A stretch of DNA of 64,000 nt from a virus: IMG/VR virus record IMGVR_UViG_3300032782_000005, positions 1 to 64,000 of that record; one strand, 5' to 3'. Of this stretch, positions 46,469 to 55,963 are shown piece after piece (positions within the stretch are counted from its first letter, which is position 1; every line of letters starts with the position of its first letter). Below the pieces are notes generated by a model. It was given only the letters and a program-made list of their open reading frames with translations. It was not told where the DNA came from and searched no databases. The translations under genes and the position numbers were made by a program.

Positions 46469-47032
46469 ATGTCCGAAAGCCATTCTACCGAAACTTGGCG
46501 TCCGGTCGTCGGTTACGAAGGCTTCTACGAGGTCTCAGATCGCGGCCGCATTCGCGGCGTGGACAGGTTGGTTGGGAGCAAAATACCCGGAACACTCAAG
46601 CCGTGGAAAGGAAAGATTTTGGCTCCTGGCGTCACAGAGACGGGACGCCTGCGCATAAGGCTGATGAAGTATGGTAAATCGAAAATGGAATTCGTTCATC
46701 GTCTCGTTCTTCTCGCTTTCGTTGGCCCATGCCCAGAAGGAATGGAAGCGTGCCATGATCCAGACCCAGACCCAAGCAATTGCCGACTCAATAATCTCCG
46801 CTGGGACACGCATATTGCGAACAAAGTGGATCAAATGCGCCATGGAAGGGGAACGAGTGGTGAGCGTCATGGCATGGCAAAACTGACGACGGTACAGGTT
46901 GAAGTAATCCGTCGGGAATACAGAAGGACGCATTACCATCGGTCTAATGCAAAGGAATTAGCAGCCCGCTATGGAGTTACGGTTGATATGGTGGGCCGCA
47001 TTCTAAGAGGCGATAACTGGCGAAAAACATGA
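46469..47032 (+). CDS. NUMOD4-HNH homing endonuclease
   Basis: ETWRPVVGYEGFYEVSDRGRIR; VHRLVLLAFVGPCP...CH...N..L.NLRWDT...N. Confidence 0.92.
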   Translation: MSESHSTETWRPVVGYEGFYEVSDRGRIRGVDRLVGSKIPGTLKPWKGKILAPGVTETGRLRIRLMKYGKSKMEFVHRLVLLAFVGPCPEGMEACHDPDPDPSNCRLNNLRWDTHIANKVDQMRHGRGTSGERHGMAKLTTVQVEVIRREYRRTHYHRSNAKELAARYGVTVDMVGRILRGDNWRKT

Positions 47033-47658
47033 AGATAATTGAGTGCGAGCAGGGCAGTTCTGAGTGGTTTGAGGCTCGAAAAGGCGTTCCGACAGCTTCA
47101 AGATTCGGCATGGTCCTGACTGCGAAGACGATGCGCTTATCGGCCCAGGCCGACGAACTCATAAACCAACTTATAGGAGAAAAGTTATCTCTGATTCCGC
47201 CCGAAGGCGTTGAGCATTTTACAAATCGCGCTATACGCTGGGGCGAGCAGACCGAGGACGAGGCGCGCGCTTGGTATTCGCTAGAGACGAACCATGATGT
47301 GCAGCAGGTCGGCTTTTGCCTCACCGACGACGGACGTTTCGGCTGTTCGCCTGACGGCCTGATTGGCGACGACGGCGTTTTGGAGTTGAAGTGCCCCCAG
47401 GCGGCGACCCAGGTGTCCTATCTGCTGGCAGGCGGCCTTCCCAGCGAATATCGCGCCCAGTGCGCCGGCGCGTTGATCGTCACAGGCCGTCCATGGCTCC
47501 ATTTTGTCTCGTACTCGCCCGGCCTGCCGCCATTGCTCGTCAAGGTCCAACGGGACGAATACGTGGAAAAACTCGCCGCCGCCCTGGAGGAATTCCACAT
47601 CCGCTACCAGGACGCCCTCGAACGCATCACGTCGATGGGTGGAGGGAGGGGCGAATGA
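47029..47658 (+). CDS. YqaJ / lambda exonuclease family protein
   Basis: EQGS.EW...RKG..TAS, G...E..AR, GCSPDGL, LELKCP, Y..Q. Confidence 0.92.
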   Translation: MKIIECEQGSSEWFEARKGVPTASRFGMVLTAKTMRLSAQADELINQLIGEKLSLIPPEGVEHFTNRAIRWGEQTEDEARAWYSLETNHDVQQVGFCLTDDGRFGCSPDGLIGDDGVLELKCPQAATQVSYLLAGGLPSEYRAQCAGALIVTGRPWLHFVSYSPGLPPLLVKVQRDEYVEKLAAALEEFHIRYQDALERITSMGGGRGE

Positions 47659-48041
47659 ACGTCGGCGATCTGACCCACCGGCAGCGCGAATTCCTGTGCG
47701 CCATCTGGGATTTTCTCGTCTACCAGGGCGAGTATCCCACCGTGCGGCAACTATGCGATCTCCTAGACATCAATTCGCCCAACGGCGTCATGAGTCACAT
47801 CATGTATTTGAAGAAAAAGGGCTTTGTGGAATGGCACGGCAAACATCGTGGCGTCGGCGATGGGCGGCCTTCACGGGCGCGCTGCGTCCGCCTCAGCGGC
47901 GTTCGGATGAGACCCGTTTTTGACGACACATTGGATGGCCAGGAGATGCGCAAGGTGATCTGCGAGCCTGTCTGCGCAGCAACCGCTGGCCCTCATGAGT
48001 CGTCAGCGTCGGCCATGACAGGAGAACCCGAATTAGCTTAA
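47655..48041 (+). CDS. LexA-type winged-HTH regulator lacking the peptidase domain
   Basis: LTHRQREFL......G.YPTVRQL...L.I.SPNGV..H...L.KKG. Confidence 0.85.
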   Translation: MNVGDLTHRQREFLCAIWDFLVYQGEYPTVRQLCDLLDINSPNGVMSHIMYLKKKGFVEWHGKHRGVGDGRPSRARCVRLSGVRMRPVFDDTLDGQEMRKVICEPVCAATAGPHESSASAMTGEPELA

Positions 48042-48100
48042 AGTCGTCCATACACAAATGATACGAACCGTGTCTAGTAGGTTCACAAGGGAGCGAAGCG

Positions 48101-49159
48101 ATGGCAGTTGCAGCACGATCGGTGCCGATCTCCAAAATTCGTCTCAGCGACGGTACGCAGACGCGCGTGAAGACCGACCCGGATGTCGTGGCGGACTACG
48201 CGGAACACGCGCAGGAGCTTCCGCAGGCCGAGGGCGAGGACCCCATCGTTCTCTTCACCGAGGACGAGGAGGCGTACTGGCCCGGCGCGGGTCATCACCG
48301 CATCCCGGCTCTGGCAAGCGCCGGCTACGAACACATCAAGGCCGACGTGCGCAAAGGGACGCAAAGGGACGCAAAGCTCTACAGCCTGGGCTCCAACGCC
48401 GCCCACGGCCTTCAACGGACGCGCGCCGACAAGCGCCACATGATCGAAGCCTTGTTGGAAGACGACGAGTGGTCGCAATGGTCCAGCCGCGCCATCGCCG
48501 ATCACCTGCACGTCTCCCACCCTCTCGTCGAGGAAGTCCGGGCTGGCAAAAATGGACAAATGGGAGAGGATAAAAAATCAACTGGTAAAATTTCCAGCAC
48601 CCGCACCTCCAAGTCGGGGAAGCAGGTGCCGGCCTCGCGCGGCCCAAAATGCCCGAAGTGCGCCAAGGCAAAGGAGCGCGACCCCAACTGCGCCGCGTGC
48701 AAGAAGCTTCAGGACGAGGCGGAGAAGAAGCGGACGGCCGCTCAGTTCGAGAAGGACCGCCTCAAGCAGGAGCAGGCTGAGAAGAAGGCCCAACGCGAGC
48801 GAGCTGCGCGCGAGGTCAAGGAGCGTCGGGAGGCTGAGAAGGAAAAGAAGGCCGAGGCCCGGCGTCTCGCAGCCGAGCAGAAGGCGCGCGAACGCGAGGA
48901 GGAGAAAACCCGCAAGGAGGTCGCCAAGGCGCAAAGGGAACTGGCCGCCGAAACGCGCCGCAAGGAACGAGAGGCGATGGCGACGGGCAAACCGATTTAC
49001 GACGACCCCAAGGTCCACGCCGCGATCATCGGCCTGTCCCGCCTGTTCAACGACCGGGCTACGGCGTTGAAACAGCAGAAATCCCTCCTGTTCGCCGCCG
49101 TGCGGCAGGGGATGGACATTGTTCTAAAGGCGTGGGAAGCGTGGAGGAAGGCCAAATGA
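48101..49159 (+). CDS. ParB/Srx-like protein: ParB N-domain, HTH, CxxC pair, long coiled coil
   Basis: V.I..I....TQ.R, V..YA, PIVLF, GHHR (GxxR), N..HGL..T.ADKR, WSSRAIA..L.VSH..V...R. Confidence 0.85.
   Translation: MAVAARSVPISKIRLSDGTQTRVKTDPDVVADYAEHAQELPQAEGEDPIVLFTEDEEAYWPGAGHHRIPALASAGYEHIKADVRKGTQRDAKLYSLGSNAAHGLQRTRADKRHMIEALLEDDEWSQWSSRAIADHLHVSHPLVEEVRAGKNGQMGEDKKSTGKISSTRTSKSGKQVPASRGPKCPKCAKAKERDPNCAACKKLQDEAEKKRTAAQFEKDRLKQEQAEKKAQRERAAREVKERREAEKEKKAEARRLAAEQKAREREEEKTRKEVAKAQRELAAETRRKEREAMATGKPIYDDPKVHAAIIGLSRLFNDRATALKQQKSLLFAAVRQGMDIVLKAWEAWRKAK
48579..48600. repeat. 22-bp palindrome copy 6 (4 mismatches), inside the ParB-like CDS
   Basis: CAACTGGTAAAATTTCCAGCAC; its reverse complement shares 19 contiguous nt with copy 1. 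Confidence 0.75.
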
Positions 49160-49404
49160 GTTGCCCGACGTGCGATCACACGATGCACAACCTCGGCGTC
49201 ACGTATTACTGGTGTCCGCGCTGCGGGACGATACAGCAGTCGCTGGACTTCAAGCCGTTCAACGTCAATGTTCCGAAACTGGTGGGTCGGTGCCGACAAT
49301 ATGAGTGCATTCCTGTTCCGTTCAACGTGCAACCACTGCTCGCATCCGAGTGGCAGCGCCTGGGAATCGCGGAGTCGATCAACAAGCCGGAGGACAGGTC
49401 GTGA
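49156..49404 (+). CDS. Zn-ribbon protein
   Basis: CPTC...WCPRCGT. Confidence 0.6.
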   Translation: MSCPTCDHTMHNLGVTYYWCPRCGTIQQSLDFKPFNVNVPKLVGRCRQYECIPVPFNVQPLLASEWQRLGIAESINKPEDRS

Positions 49405-50954
49405 GCGACGCCCGCGAGCGATGGACCCATCAGAAATTTGCCCTCGCCGAGGCCATGCGCCGCATGGAAGCAGGAGCGAAGAGAATCTGCGTTACAACCC
49501 CCACCGGCGGCGGCAAGAGCCTCATAATCTGCGACCTGATCGAGCAGGCCGTCGCAAGAGAATGCAAGGCCGTGCTTTACACCAACCGGAGACTCCTCAT
49601 CAACCAGTTGGAGCGGGTTCTGGAAGGCCACGGCATCCGCTTCGGCGTCCGGGCTGCCGGGCATGAGGATCGGCGCGAGTTGGACGTGCAGGTGTCCTCG
49701 CTTCCGACCGAGAACGCCCGCGTGTTCAAGAGCGAGAAGTGGGACCTGCATGGGAACGGCAAGCCGATCCTCGTGATCGTTGACGAGGCGCATTTGAACA
49801 AGGGCGAGGTCGCTCAAAAAGTCCTGAACAGGCACGTCGAGGACGGGAGCGCCTGCATCGGCTTCACGGCGACGCCAATTGGGCTGAAAGGCGTCTACGA
49901 CGAACTGGTGATCGCCGGCACGCCGTCAGAACTCCGCCAGTGCGGCGCCCTGGTCCCCGCTTATCACTACGGCATCGACGAGCCGGACATGAGCAACTTT
50001 CGGCAGAACGTGAAGACGGGGGAATTCTCCGAAGGGGACGTGCGCAAGGCCATCATGACCAAGTGCATCTTCGGCCGCGTCCTCGAACACTACCGAGCCT
50101 TGAACCCGGACGGCAGGCCGACGATCCTGTTCGCGCCCGGCGTGAAAGAGAGCGTCTGGTTCGCGCAACAACTGTGCGAGGCCGGCGTCAGGGCCGCGCA
50201 CATCGACGGGGAAGGAGTTTGGGCCGACGGGGAATACGAGCGCGGCGGCGACCGGGAGCGAATCCTGCGCGCTTGCATGGGCGGCGAGGTCGTTCTGTGC
50301 AACCGCTTCGTGGCCCGCGAAGGGCTGGACCTGAAGCCGGTGAGCCATTGCATCCTTGCGACCGTGATGGGCTCGCTCCAGTCGTATTTGCAAAGCGTGG
50401 GGCGCGTCTTACGAGCCTGCCAGGGCAAGGAGCGGGCAAGTATCCAAGATCATGGCGGCCACTTCTGGCGGCATGGCAGCGTCAACGCCGACCGCGAATG
50501 GAAACTGGAGTACACCGAGAACATCCTGTCCGGCATGAGGGCGGAGCGGTTCACGGAGAAGAAAGAGCCCGAGCCGATCCGCTGCCCCAAGTGCGGCCTG
50601 GTCCGCGCCGCCGGCCCCCTGTGCAAGGGTTGCGGCTTCGAGTCCACCAAACGGACGCGGATGGTCATGCAGCAGGACGGGACGCTCGTGGAGCACGAAG
50701 GCGACATCTTCAAGCCGAGGCGCGTCAAGCAATTCCAGAACACGGAGCAAATCTGGATCAGGTGCTACTACCGGGCGAAGAACTCGAAGAACCGGATGAC
50801 CTTCAGGCAGGCGGCTTCACTCATGAATTACGAGGAGCATTACTGGCCTCCCAACAACCTGCGCTTCATGCCCAAGGAAGCGCTGGATTGGTACAACGCC
50901 GTCGCCGATGTGCCTGTCGAGCGCCTGATCGGCGGCAAACAGGAGGCAGGATGA
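49401..50954 (+). CDS. SF2 DEAH helicase with C-terminal Zn finger
   Basis: PTGGGKS, DEAH, TATP, EGLD, QSVGRVLR, CPKC...C.GCG. Confidence 0.93.
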   Translation: MSDARERWTHQKFALAEAMRRMEAGAKRICVTTPTGGGKSLIICDLIEQAVARECKAVLYTNRRLLINQLERVLEGHGIRFGVRAAGHEDRRELDVQVSSLPTENARVFKSEKWDLHGNGKPILVIVDEAHLNKGEVAQKVLNRHVEDGSACIGFTATPIGLKGVYDELVIAGTPSELRQCGALVPAYHYGIDEPDMSNFRQNVKTGEFSEGDVRKAIMTKCIFGRVLEHYRALNPDGRPTILFAPGVKESVWFAQQLCEAGVRAAHIDGEGVWADGEYERGGDRERILRACMGGEVVLCNRFVAREGLDLKPVSHCILATVMGSLQSYLQSVGRVLRACQGKERASIQDHGGHFWRHGSVNADREWKLEYTENILSGMRAERFTEKKEPEPIRCPKCGLVRAAGPLCKGCGFESTKRTRMVMQQDGTLVEHEGDIFKPRRVKQFQNTEQIWIRCYYRAKNSKNRMTFRQAASLMNYEEHYWPPNNLRFMPKEALDWYNAVADVPVERLIGGKQEAG

Positions 50955-51151
50955 AGACTGAGCAGGAAATACGCAAGGTGATGGCCGATTTGCGGGACAT
51001 AATCAGCAGATGTCCCTGTGATGCGAGTAAGTGCGAGCCATGCCAAATCAAGGCTGCATTTCTATGCGCCTTGGAATGGGTTCTCGATGAGGCCGGCGTT
51101 GTAGGAGATTCGGCCATAGAAAAAGTCGCCGCCATGGCGAGGCGCACATGA
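50951..51151 (+). CDS. Small hypothetical protein
   Basis: AGGAGG RBS; ALEWVL motif. Confidence 0.55.
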   Translation: MKTEQEIRKVMADLRDIISRCPCDASKCEPCQIKAAFLCALEWVLDEAGVVGDSAIEKVAAMARRT

Positions 51152-51393
51152 AAACGCCCGAGGACCTTCTATCCGCCTTCTCCGACGAACTCTACGGCTT
51201 CGCGCTGTCGGCGTTCGCCGAGGAGCACGCGACGCGCGGCAACCTTTCGGCTCAGGGCCGATGGATGAAGCAGCGGATGATTCAGGCGAGAAGCCTGCTC
51301 CTGCGCATCCACGCCTTCGTCACGGAATCAAAACCCGAACCCAAGCCGGCTCCCAGCGGGACGCCGGCTCAAACCCCAGCGAGGAAAACATGA
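51148..51393 (+). CDS. Hypothetical protein
   Basis: ATGA coupling. Confidence 0.55.
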   Translation: MKTPEDLLSAFSDELYGFALSAFAEEHATRGNLSAQGRWMKQRMIQARSLLLRIHAFVTESKPEPKPAPSGTPAQTPARKT

Positions 51394-51583
51394 AACAGGC
51401 AGTAGAGGAAAAGCCCAAGGGCGCCGTCGTCACCGACCCCGAAGCCGTGGCCCTGGCCCGGATCGCCAAGGCGTTGCAAGCCGAGCAGACGGAGAAGGTG
51501 AATGGACTCGACCCGCGCGACTGAGGGACATGATGCAAGGACGCTGGTTTTCGTGGGACGACCTCGCCAAGAAGGATGATGAG

Positions 51584-51802
51584 ATGACAACGCAAACTCG
51601 CCAATGCCCATTTGACGGCTGTGCAAGGCGAATTCGGCCAGAGATTTTCGCCTGCCGCTCTCACTGGTTCAGTCTCAATGGGCGCCAGAAGGCGGCGATC
51701 TGGTCCGCCTATGAAGCATGGAAAACTGGAAATATTGACGGAGACGAGTTGCGCCGTCGCCAAAAGGCGGTACTTGATGAAGTTCAGGGAAAGGCATCAT
51801 GA
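51584..51802 (+). CDS. Small Cys/His phage protein
   Basis: CP..GC...I.....C..HW..L; start uncertain. Confidence 0.6.
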   Translation: MTTQTRQCPFDGCARRIRPEIFACRSHWFSLNGRQKAAIWSAYEAWKTGNIDGDELRRRQKAVLDEVQGKAS

Positions 51803-52158
51803 ATCGTCGCCACTGGATGCGAAAAAAGCCTCGACGAAAGAACAGGGGTGTCGTGCCGGACAACGAGGCGCTGCTGGACGAGTTCCGCTTCAAGCCGCGT
51901 TGCGAATGGTGCGGGCGTCTCATGTGCAACGAGCGCCTGCACCCCCACCACATCTTCGGTCGGGGAATGGGCGGCTGGTCGCGGATGGATGTTCGGATCA
52001 ACCTTGTGGGGCTGTGCGCGGAAGACCACGCCGCGCACCATAACGGCCAGCGCCCCTTGACCATCGACCTCTTGGCCATCGTCGCGGCCAGAGAGAAGAC
52101 GACGCAAGACGCCATCCGCGACGAGATCAACTGCCTGCGCTGGGGGAGGCGAGCATGA
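51799..52158 (+). CDS. HNH-like nuclease (DUF968/Ref-like)
   Basis: CEWCG....HPHHI.GRGMGG....NLVGLC..DH...H. Confidence 0.7.
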   Translation: MNRRHWMRKKPRRKNRGVVPDNEALLDEFRFKPRCEWCGRLMCNERLHPHHIFGRGMGGWSRMDVRINLVGLCAEDHAAHHNGQRPLTIDLLAIVAAREKTTQDAIRDEINCLRWGRRA

Positions 52159-52460
52159 GCGTGTTCGCCGCCGCCTGTGAGGCAGCCGGACTGTCGCGCC
52201 CTGAGCCGGAATACCGCTTCTGCAAGGATCGCCGATGGAGGGCGGATTGGGCCTTCCTCAAAGAGAAGGTCGCCGTGGAGATTCAAGGCGGTCTCCACGT
52301 TGGCGGCCGACATACCAGAGGAGCCGCGCTGGAGCGCGAGTACGAGAAACTGAACGAGTTGGCGATCATGGGCTTCCGGGTGCTGCTCGTGACGCCGGAA
52401 CAGTTCGAGCGCGGCGATGTCGTCGGACTTGTTGCCCGAGCCGTCTGCGCCAAGGAGTAA
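52155..52460 (+). CDS. PD-(D/E)xK endonuclease (possible resolvase)
   Basis: PEYRF...RRWRADWA....VAVEIQGG....RH......D/EYEK.N....G..V. Confidence 0.8.
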   Translation: MSVFAAACEAAGLSRPEPEYRFCKDRRWRADWAFLKEKVAVEIQGGLHVGGRHTRGAALEREYEKLNELAIMGFRVLLVTPEQFERGDVVGLVARAVCAKE

Positions 52461-52465
52461 TCACG

Positions 52466-52666
52466 ATGCCCCAGAATGCAGAGGGCGCCATTGCCGGTCA
52501 TTATCGCGCTAGACTGGCGATTCGCTCCCAGGCAGAGATCGCAGCCTCTTGGGGCGTCTCGCGGGCGCGCGTGGAGCAGATCGAGCAGACGGCGCTCGCC
52601 AAACTCCGTCGGCATCCGGTGATGCGAAGATTGGCGAAAGAGTACGGAATCGAAATACAGGAGTGA
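52466..52666 (+). CDS. Sigma70 region 4-like HTH protein
   Basis: SQAEIA..WGVSRARVEQIE..ALAKLR. Confidence 0.8.
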   Translation: MPQNAEGAIAGHYRARLAIRSQAEIAASWGVSRARVEQIEQTALAKLRRHPVMRRLAKEYGIEIQE

Positions 52667-52669
52667 CCC

Positions 52670-52912
52670 ATGCGAGCCTTCTGGACCCCGCCCTTCCTGT
52701 TCGACCCGATCCCCGTCAACCTCGTCGGCAAGGAGTTGGTCGGGGAGTTCGGAGTCGTGCCGCTCAACGAGGAAATCGTGGTCGTCAGGGACGTTTCGGG
52801 TGGTGAGGAGGAGCCTTGGCGCGACCTGCATCTCCTGATCGACAAAGGCTACTGGAACACCCGCATCGCCCTGGAGTCTGAAATCAGCAAAGGAGTCTTC
52901 CCATGCGTCTGA
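52670..52912 (+). CDS. Hypothetical protein
   Basis: AGGAG RBS. Confidence 0.5.
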   Translation: MRAFWTPPFLFDPIPVNLVGKELVGEFGVVPLNEEIVVVRDVSGGEEEPWRDLHLLIDKGYWNTRIALESEISKGVFPCV

Positions 52913-54033
52913 GCATTCCCCGCGCGCTCCTGGCCAAGGCCGTCGGGCTTGTGGCCCGAGCGCTGCCGTCCAAGTCCATCAAGCCGATCCTCGACGGCAT
53001 CCTGATCCGGGCCACCGATAAACTCTCTCTCTTCGCCACCGACCTCGAAATCGGCTGCCGCGCCGAGACATTCGTACTGGAGGTCGAGGAGCCCGGCGAG
53101 CCCGGCGAGGCAATTCTTCCAGGCGAGCAGATCGTCAAACTTCTCTCCGAAACGGACGACGAGCGCGTCAGGATCGAGGCCAACGAGAAGGACGTTCGCG
53201 TCGTGACGGACTCGGCGGACTTCCACCTGCCCGCGAGCAATCCAGCGGACTTCCCGCTCTGGCCCGATTTCCCGACCGAGAAGCGTCACGAAATCGCCGC
53301 CGACGAATTGGCGACCTTGATCCGCCATGCCATATTCGCGGCAGCGAAGAAGGGAGGCGCGGTCGGCGCGTTCGCCTTCACTGGCGTCGGCTGGAGTTGC
53401 GGAGAAGGGAAACTGGAACTGGCGGCGATGGACAGATACCGCTGCGCCGTGGATGAGCGCCCCTGCGCGGCGTTCAACGGCCATAGACCGGAAAAGATTC
53501 CGGTCGTGCCAAGAAAAGCGATGGACCTGCTCGCCTTGATGGTCAGCAATGCCGAGAAGGATGATGTCGCCTCGGTGAGTTTCCGCCCTAACGACGCACT
53601 CTTCCGCTGCGGCGGCTTCTCGGTTTACACGAGGCTGATCGCCGGCTGCTTCATTGAAGTAGCGAGGCAACTACCAAAGGGAAAGCACGACGAGGCTGTC
53701 ATCAACGCTGCCGCACTCGCCAAAGCATTGAAACAGGCCCGCCTTACGACCGGCGCAGAATGGGACAACCGCGTCGTCTTCTCGTTCGCGAAGAACCGGC
53801 TTACGCTGGAGAGTCAGGGTAAAGGCCGCTCCAAGATCGAACTGGCCTGTGGTTGGACTTCCAAGGACATGAAGGTCGCCATCCCGCCCGAGCGCGTCTC
53901 CGACTTTCTCGCCATCCTCGATGAAGGCGCGGAGATCAGGATGCAGATATTCTCCCCCGACGCGCCCATCCTCTGCCGGGTCGGGGAAACGCACCGATTC
54001 TTGGTCTCCCCATTGGCCATGACGAAATCCTGA
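52903..54033 (+). CDS. dnaN: DNA polymerase III beta sliding clamp
   Basis: KPIL.GILI.A...LFATDLEI, DFP, AA.D.YR, VVP.KA, TRLI.G.F, C-terminal LV.P; 376 aa. Confidence 0.88.
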   Translation: MRLSIPRALLAKAVGLVARALPSKSIKPILDGILIRATDKLSLFATDLEIGCRAETFVLEVEEPGEPGEAILPGEQIVKLLSETDDERVRIEANEKDVRVVTDSADFHLPASNPADFPLWPDFPTEKRHEIAADELATLIRHAIFAAAKKGGAVGAFAFTGVGWSCGEGKLELAAMDRYRCAVDERPCAAFNGHRPEKIPVVPRKAMDLLALMVSNAEKDDVASVSFRPNDALFRCGGFSVYTRLIAGCFIEVARQLPKGKHDEAVINAAALAKALKQARLTTGAEWDNRVVFSFAKNRLTLESQGKGRSKIELACGWTSKDMKVAIPPERVSDFLAILDEGAEIRMQIFSPDAPILCRVGETHRFLVSPLAMTKS

Positions 54034-54070
54034 TTGCACCGACCCCCCATTCTCGCCTATCCTCTCTCTC

Positions 54071-54274
54071 ATGCACCAACCGCGCCTGGACGTGAGCGTC
54101 GTGGCTGAAAGAAGGCCCGATGGACGGTACGAGGTCTTCTTGTACGACCCAGGAGACCATCGCGCCGCCAAGATTGGGCACGTCGTCGAGCCGTGGGAAA
54201 AGGACGCGACGATGGCCAGGATCGCGGATCAGGCGCGGGCCAACGGAATGCGCGTCACGTTCCGAACCGTATAG
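54071..54274 (+). CDS. Small hypothetical protein, probably leaderless
   Basis: TTGCAC-18-TATCCT, ATG 7 nt later. Confidence 0.5.
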   Translation: MHQPRLDVSVVAERRPDGRYEVFLYDPGDHRAAKIGHVVEPWEKDATMARIADQARANGMRVTFRTV

Positions 54275-54294
54275 CACTTCTTCAAGGAGCCTCT

Positions 54295-54582
54295 ATGCAG
54301 CAGCGACTTGATCTCGTTTTCACCGTCCCCGTGGCCGGTCTATTGACTGAGTCGCAATTCACCGTCCCCACGCAGGAACCGAACGCTGGCTCCTACCAAC
54401 TGCCCTCGCCGACTGGCGGCGTCGCACCATACTCATGGGGCATCACGCCTGGCCAGACGCCGCCGACGGGCTGGGCGATCTCCGCAAGCGGTCTGCTATC
54501 GTGGACGGCCGCCGCCGGTGCTGCCGCCGCCGGCACGACCGTTACCGTGAACTGGGTCAGCGTCTACGACAGCGGGAGTTGA
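54295..54582 (+). CDS. Single Ig-like (He_PIG-type) domain protein
   Basis: TGGVAPYSW.I.....P.GW.IS.SG.LSW. Confidence 0.65.
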   Translation: MQQRLDLVFTVPVAGLLTESQFTVPTQEPNAGSYQLPSPTGGVAPYSWGITPGQTPPTGWAISASGLLSWTAAAGAAAAGTTVTVNWVSVYDSGS

Positions 54583-54583
54583 C

Positions 54584-55957
54584 ATGCGACAGCGCCATGA
54601 CCTGTCGCCGTTTGGTGTGGCATTCGCAAGCGGCGGCAAGCCGCTGCTCCAGCCGTCCGACTTTACCTATCTCGGCTCCTATCCCGTAGCCGGCGGGGGC
54701 GGCGTCGGCAACGGGTTGGGGTCGGGCAATGGGTTGGTGCTGCGCTACGTCGGTGGGCAGTTGCGGTTTCTGACGCAGGCGTACAACGGCGGTGCTTACG
54801 ATCTCGTGGAGTTCACGCTGCCGGGCTCCTTCGGCACGTATATCAATAGTCGCGTCACGCGCTGGGCCGGGGCGGGACTGTGGGCAAAAACGCCTGACAA
54901 CCAATCTCCGCGAGCGGCGACAGGTTTATTCTGGGACCCGAACACGGCGGGGCTTCTGTGGAGCGTCTGGGGGCCGGACTATCCCAGCAGCACTTACCAC
55001 GAGAATGACCCGAGCAATAACAACTACTACTGGTCTGTGCAGACCCGGCAATTGACGGACGGCAACCCCGGCACGGTCTCCGGGTTGACTGGCCTGTTCG
55101 GCTTCACCGGGATCAATAGCCGCTTCGTCAAGGGCGGCGTTCAGCCCGTGCCGTCCTGGGTGCAGACGCAGTACGGCGTCGGGCCTTACGCCTACGGCTG
55201 GGGCGGCTACCAATCGACGAAGACGGTCGGCCCGGTCTCTTTTGGTCTGGCGATGCTGCTGGGCAAGGCCATCACGACTTACAGCAATCCCAACACTCTG
55301 ATTCCGACGGTCGACTTCAAGATCGCCGCGGATCACCGTGCGGCGGCCATAACAGGCGACTGGTACACGAACCCCGGCAGTCCGTCTCAACTGGACCGAG
55401 GCCAGCGGGCGTCGGACGTATTGAATTACTTCAACGATCCCAGCTATCCGAGCAACCCGGCGACGTTCCCGGCCGGCTACGGCAATCCTCACACCGGCTC
55501 GCAATGGCTTTCCCCGGCTCCCGATGGGCAGGGGCGTTGGGTGGATGGCGACAACTACTGGTCCACGGGCGTCAGCATCGACGGCCCGAACAAGCAGGGG
55601 TTCTTGGCGGTCGGCTGGACCAGCACGGGCAAGGCGTATTACGCCGGCTCGACCATCAATTTTGACGGCAAACATGCCGAGCTGCATTGCTTCGATTGGA
55701 ACATGTTGGGCAAGGCGGCGACGGGACAACTCAACCCGTGGAACGTGCAGCCGTCGTGGGCGAAGCTTCTGGACGCCGACCTGAAACCGCTGGGGCCGCA
55801 AGTGCTGACGGCCGGCTACCAGAGTGGGCTGGGTGGACCTGGAACAGGGGTCGGGGCTGCGGTATTCGACCCGACGACGAAGCGGCTGTACGCGTGGATT
55901 CCGGCGGCGCAGACCAGCGGGGATTGCGCCTTGGCGTGCTACTCCGTGAACTGCTGA
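54584..55957 (+). CDS. Beta-rich putative virion/adhesin protein
   Basis: LLQPSDFTYLG...GAAVFDP..KRLY termini; rich in G, T, N, Y, W. Confidence 0.6.
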   Translation: MRQRHDLSPFGVAFASGGKPLLQPSDFTYLGSYPVAGGGGVGNGLGSGNGLVLRYVGGQLRFLTQAYNGGAYDLVEFTLPGSFGTYINSRVTRWAGAGLWAKTPDNQSPRAATGLFWDPNTAGLLWSVWGPDYPSSTYHENDPSNNNYYWSVQTRQLTDGNPGTVSGLTGLFGFTGINSRFVKGGVQPVPSWVQTQYGVGPYAYGWGGYQSTKTVGPVSFGLAMLLGKAITTYSNPNTLIPTVDFKIAADHRAAAITGDWYTNPGSPSQLDRGQRASDVLNYFNDPSYPSNPATFPAGYGNPHTGSQWLSPAPDGQGRWVDGDNYWSTGVSIDGPNKQGFLAVGWTSTGKAYYAGSTINFDGKHAELHCFDWNMLGKAATGQLNPWNVQPSWAKLLDADLKPLGPQVLTAGYQSGLGGPGTGVGAAVFDPTTKRLYAWIPAAQTSGDCALACYSVNC

Positions 55958-55963
55958 GGCAGC

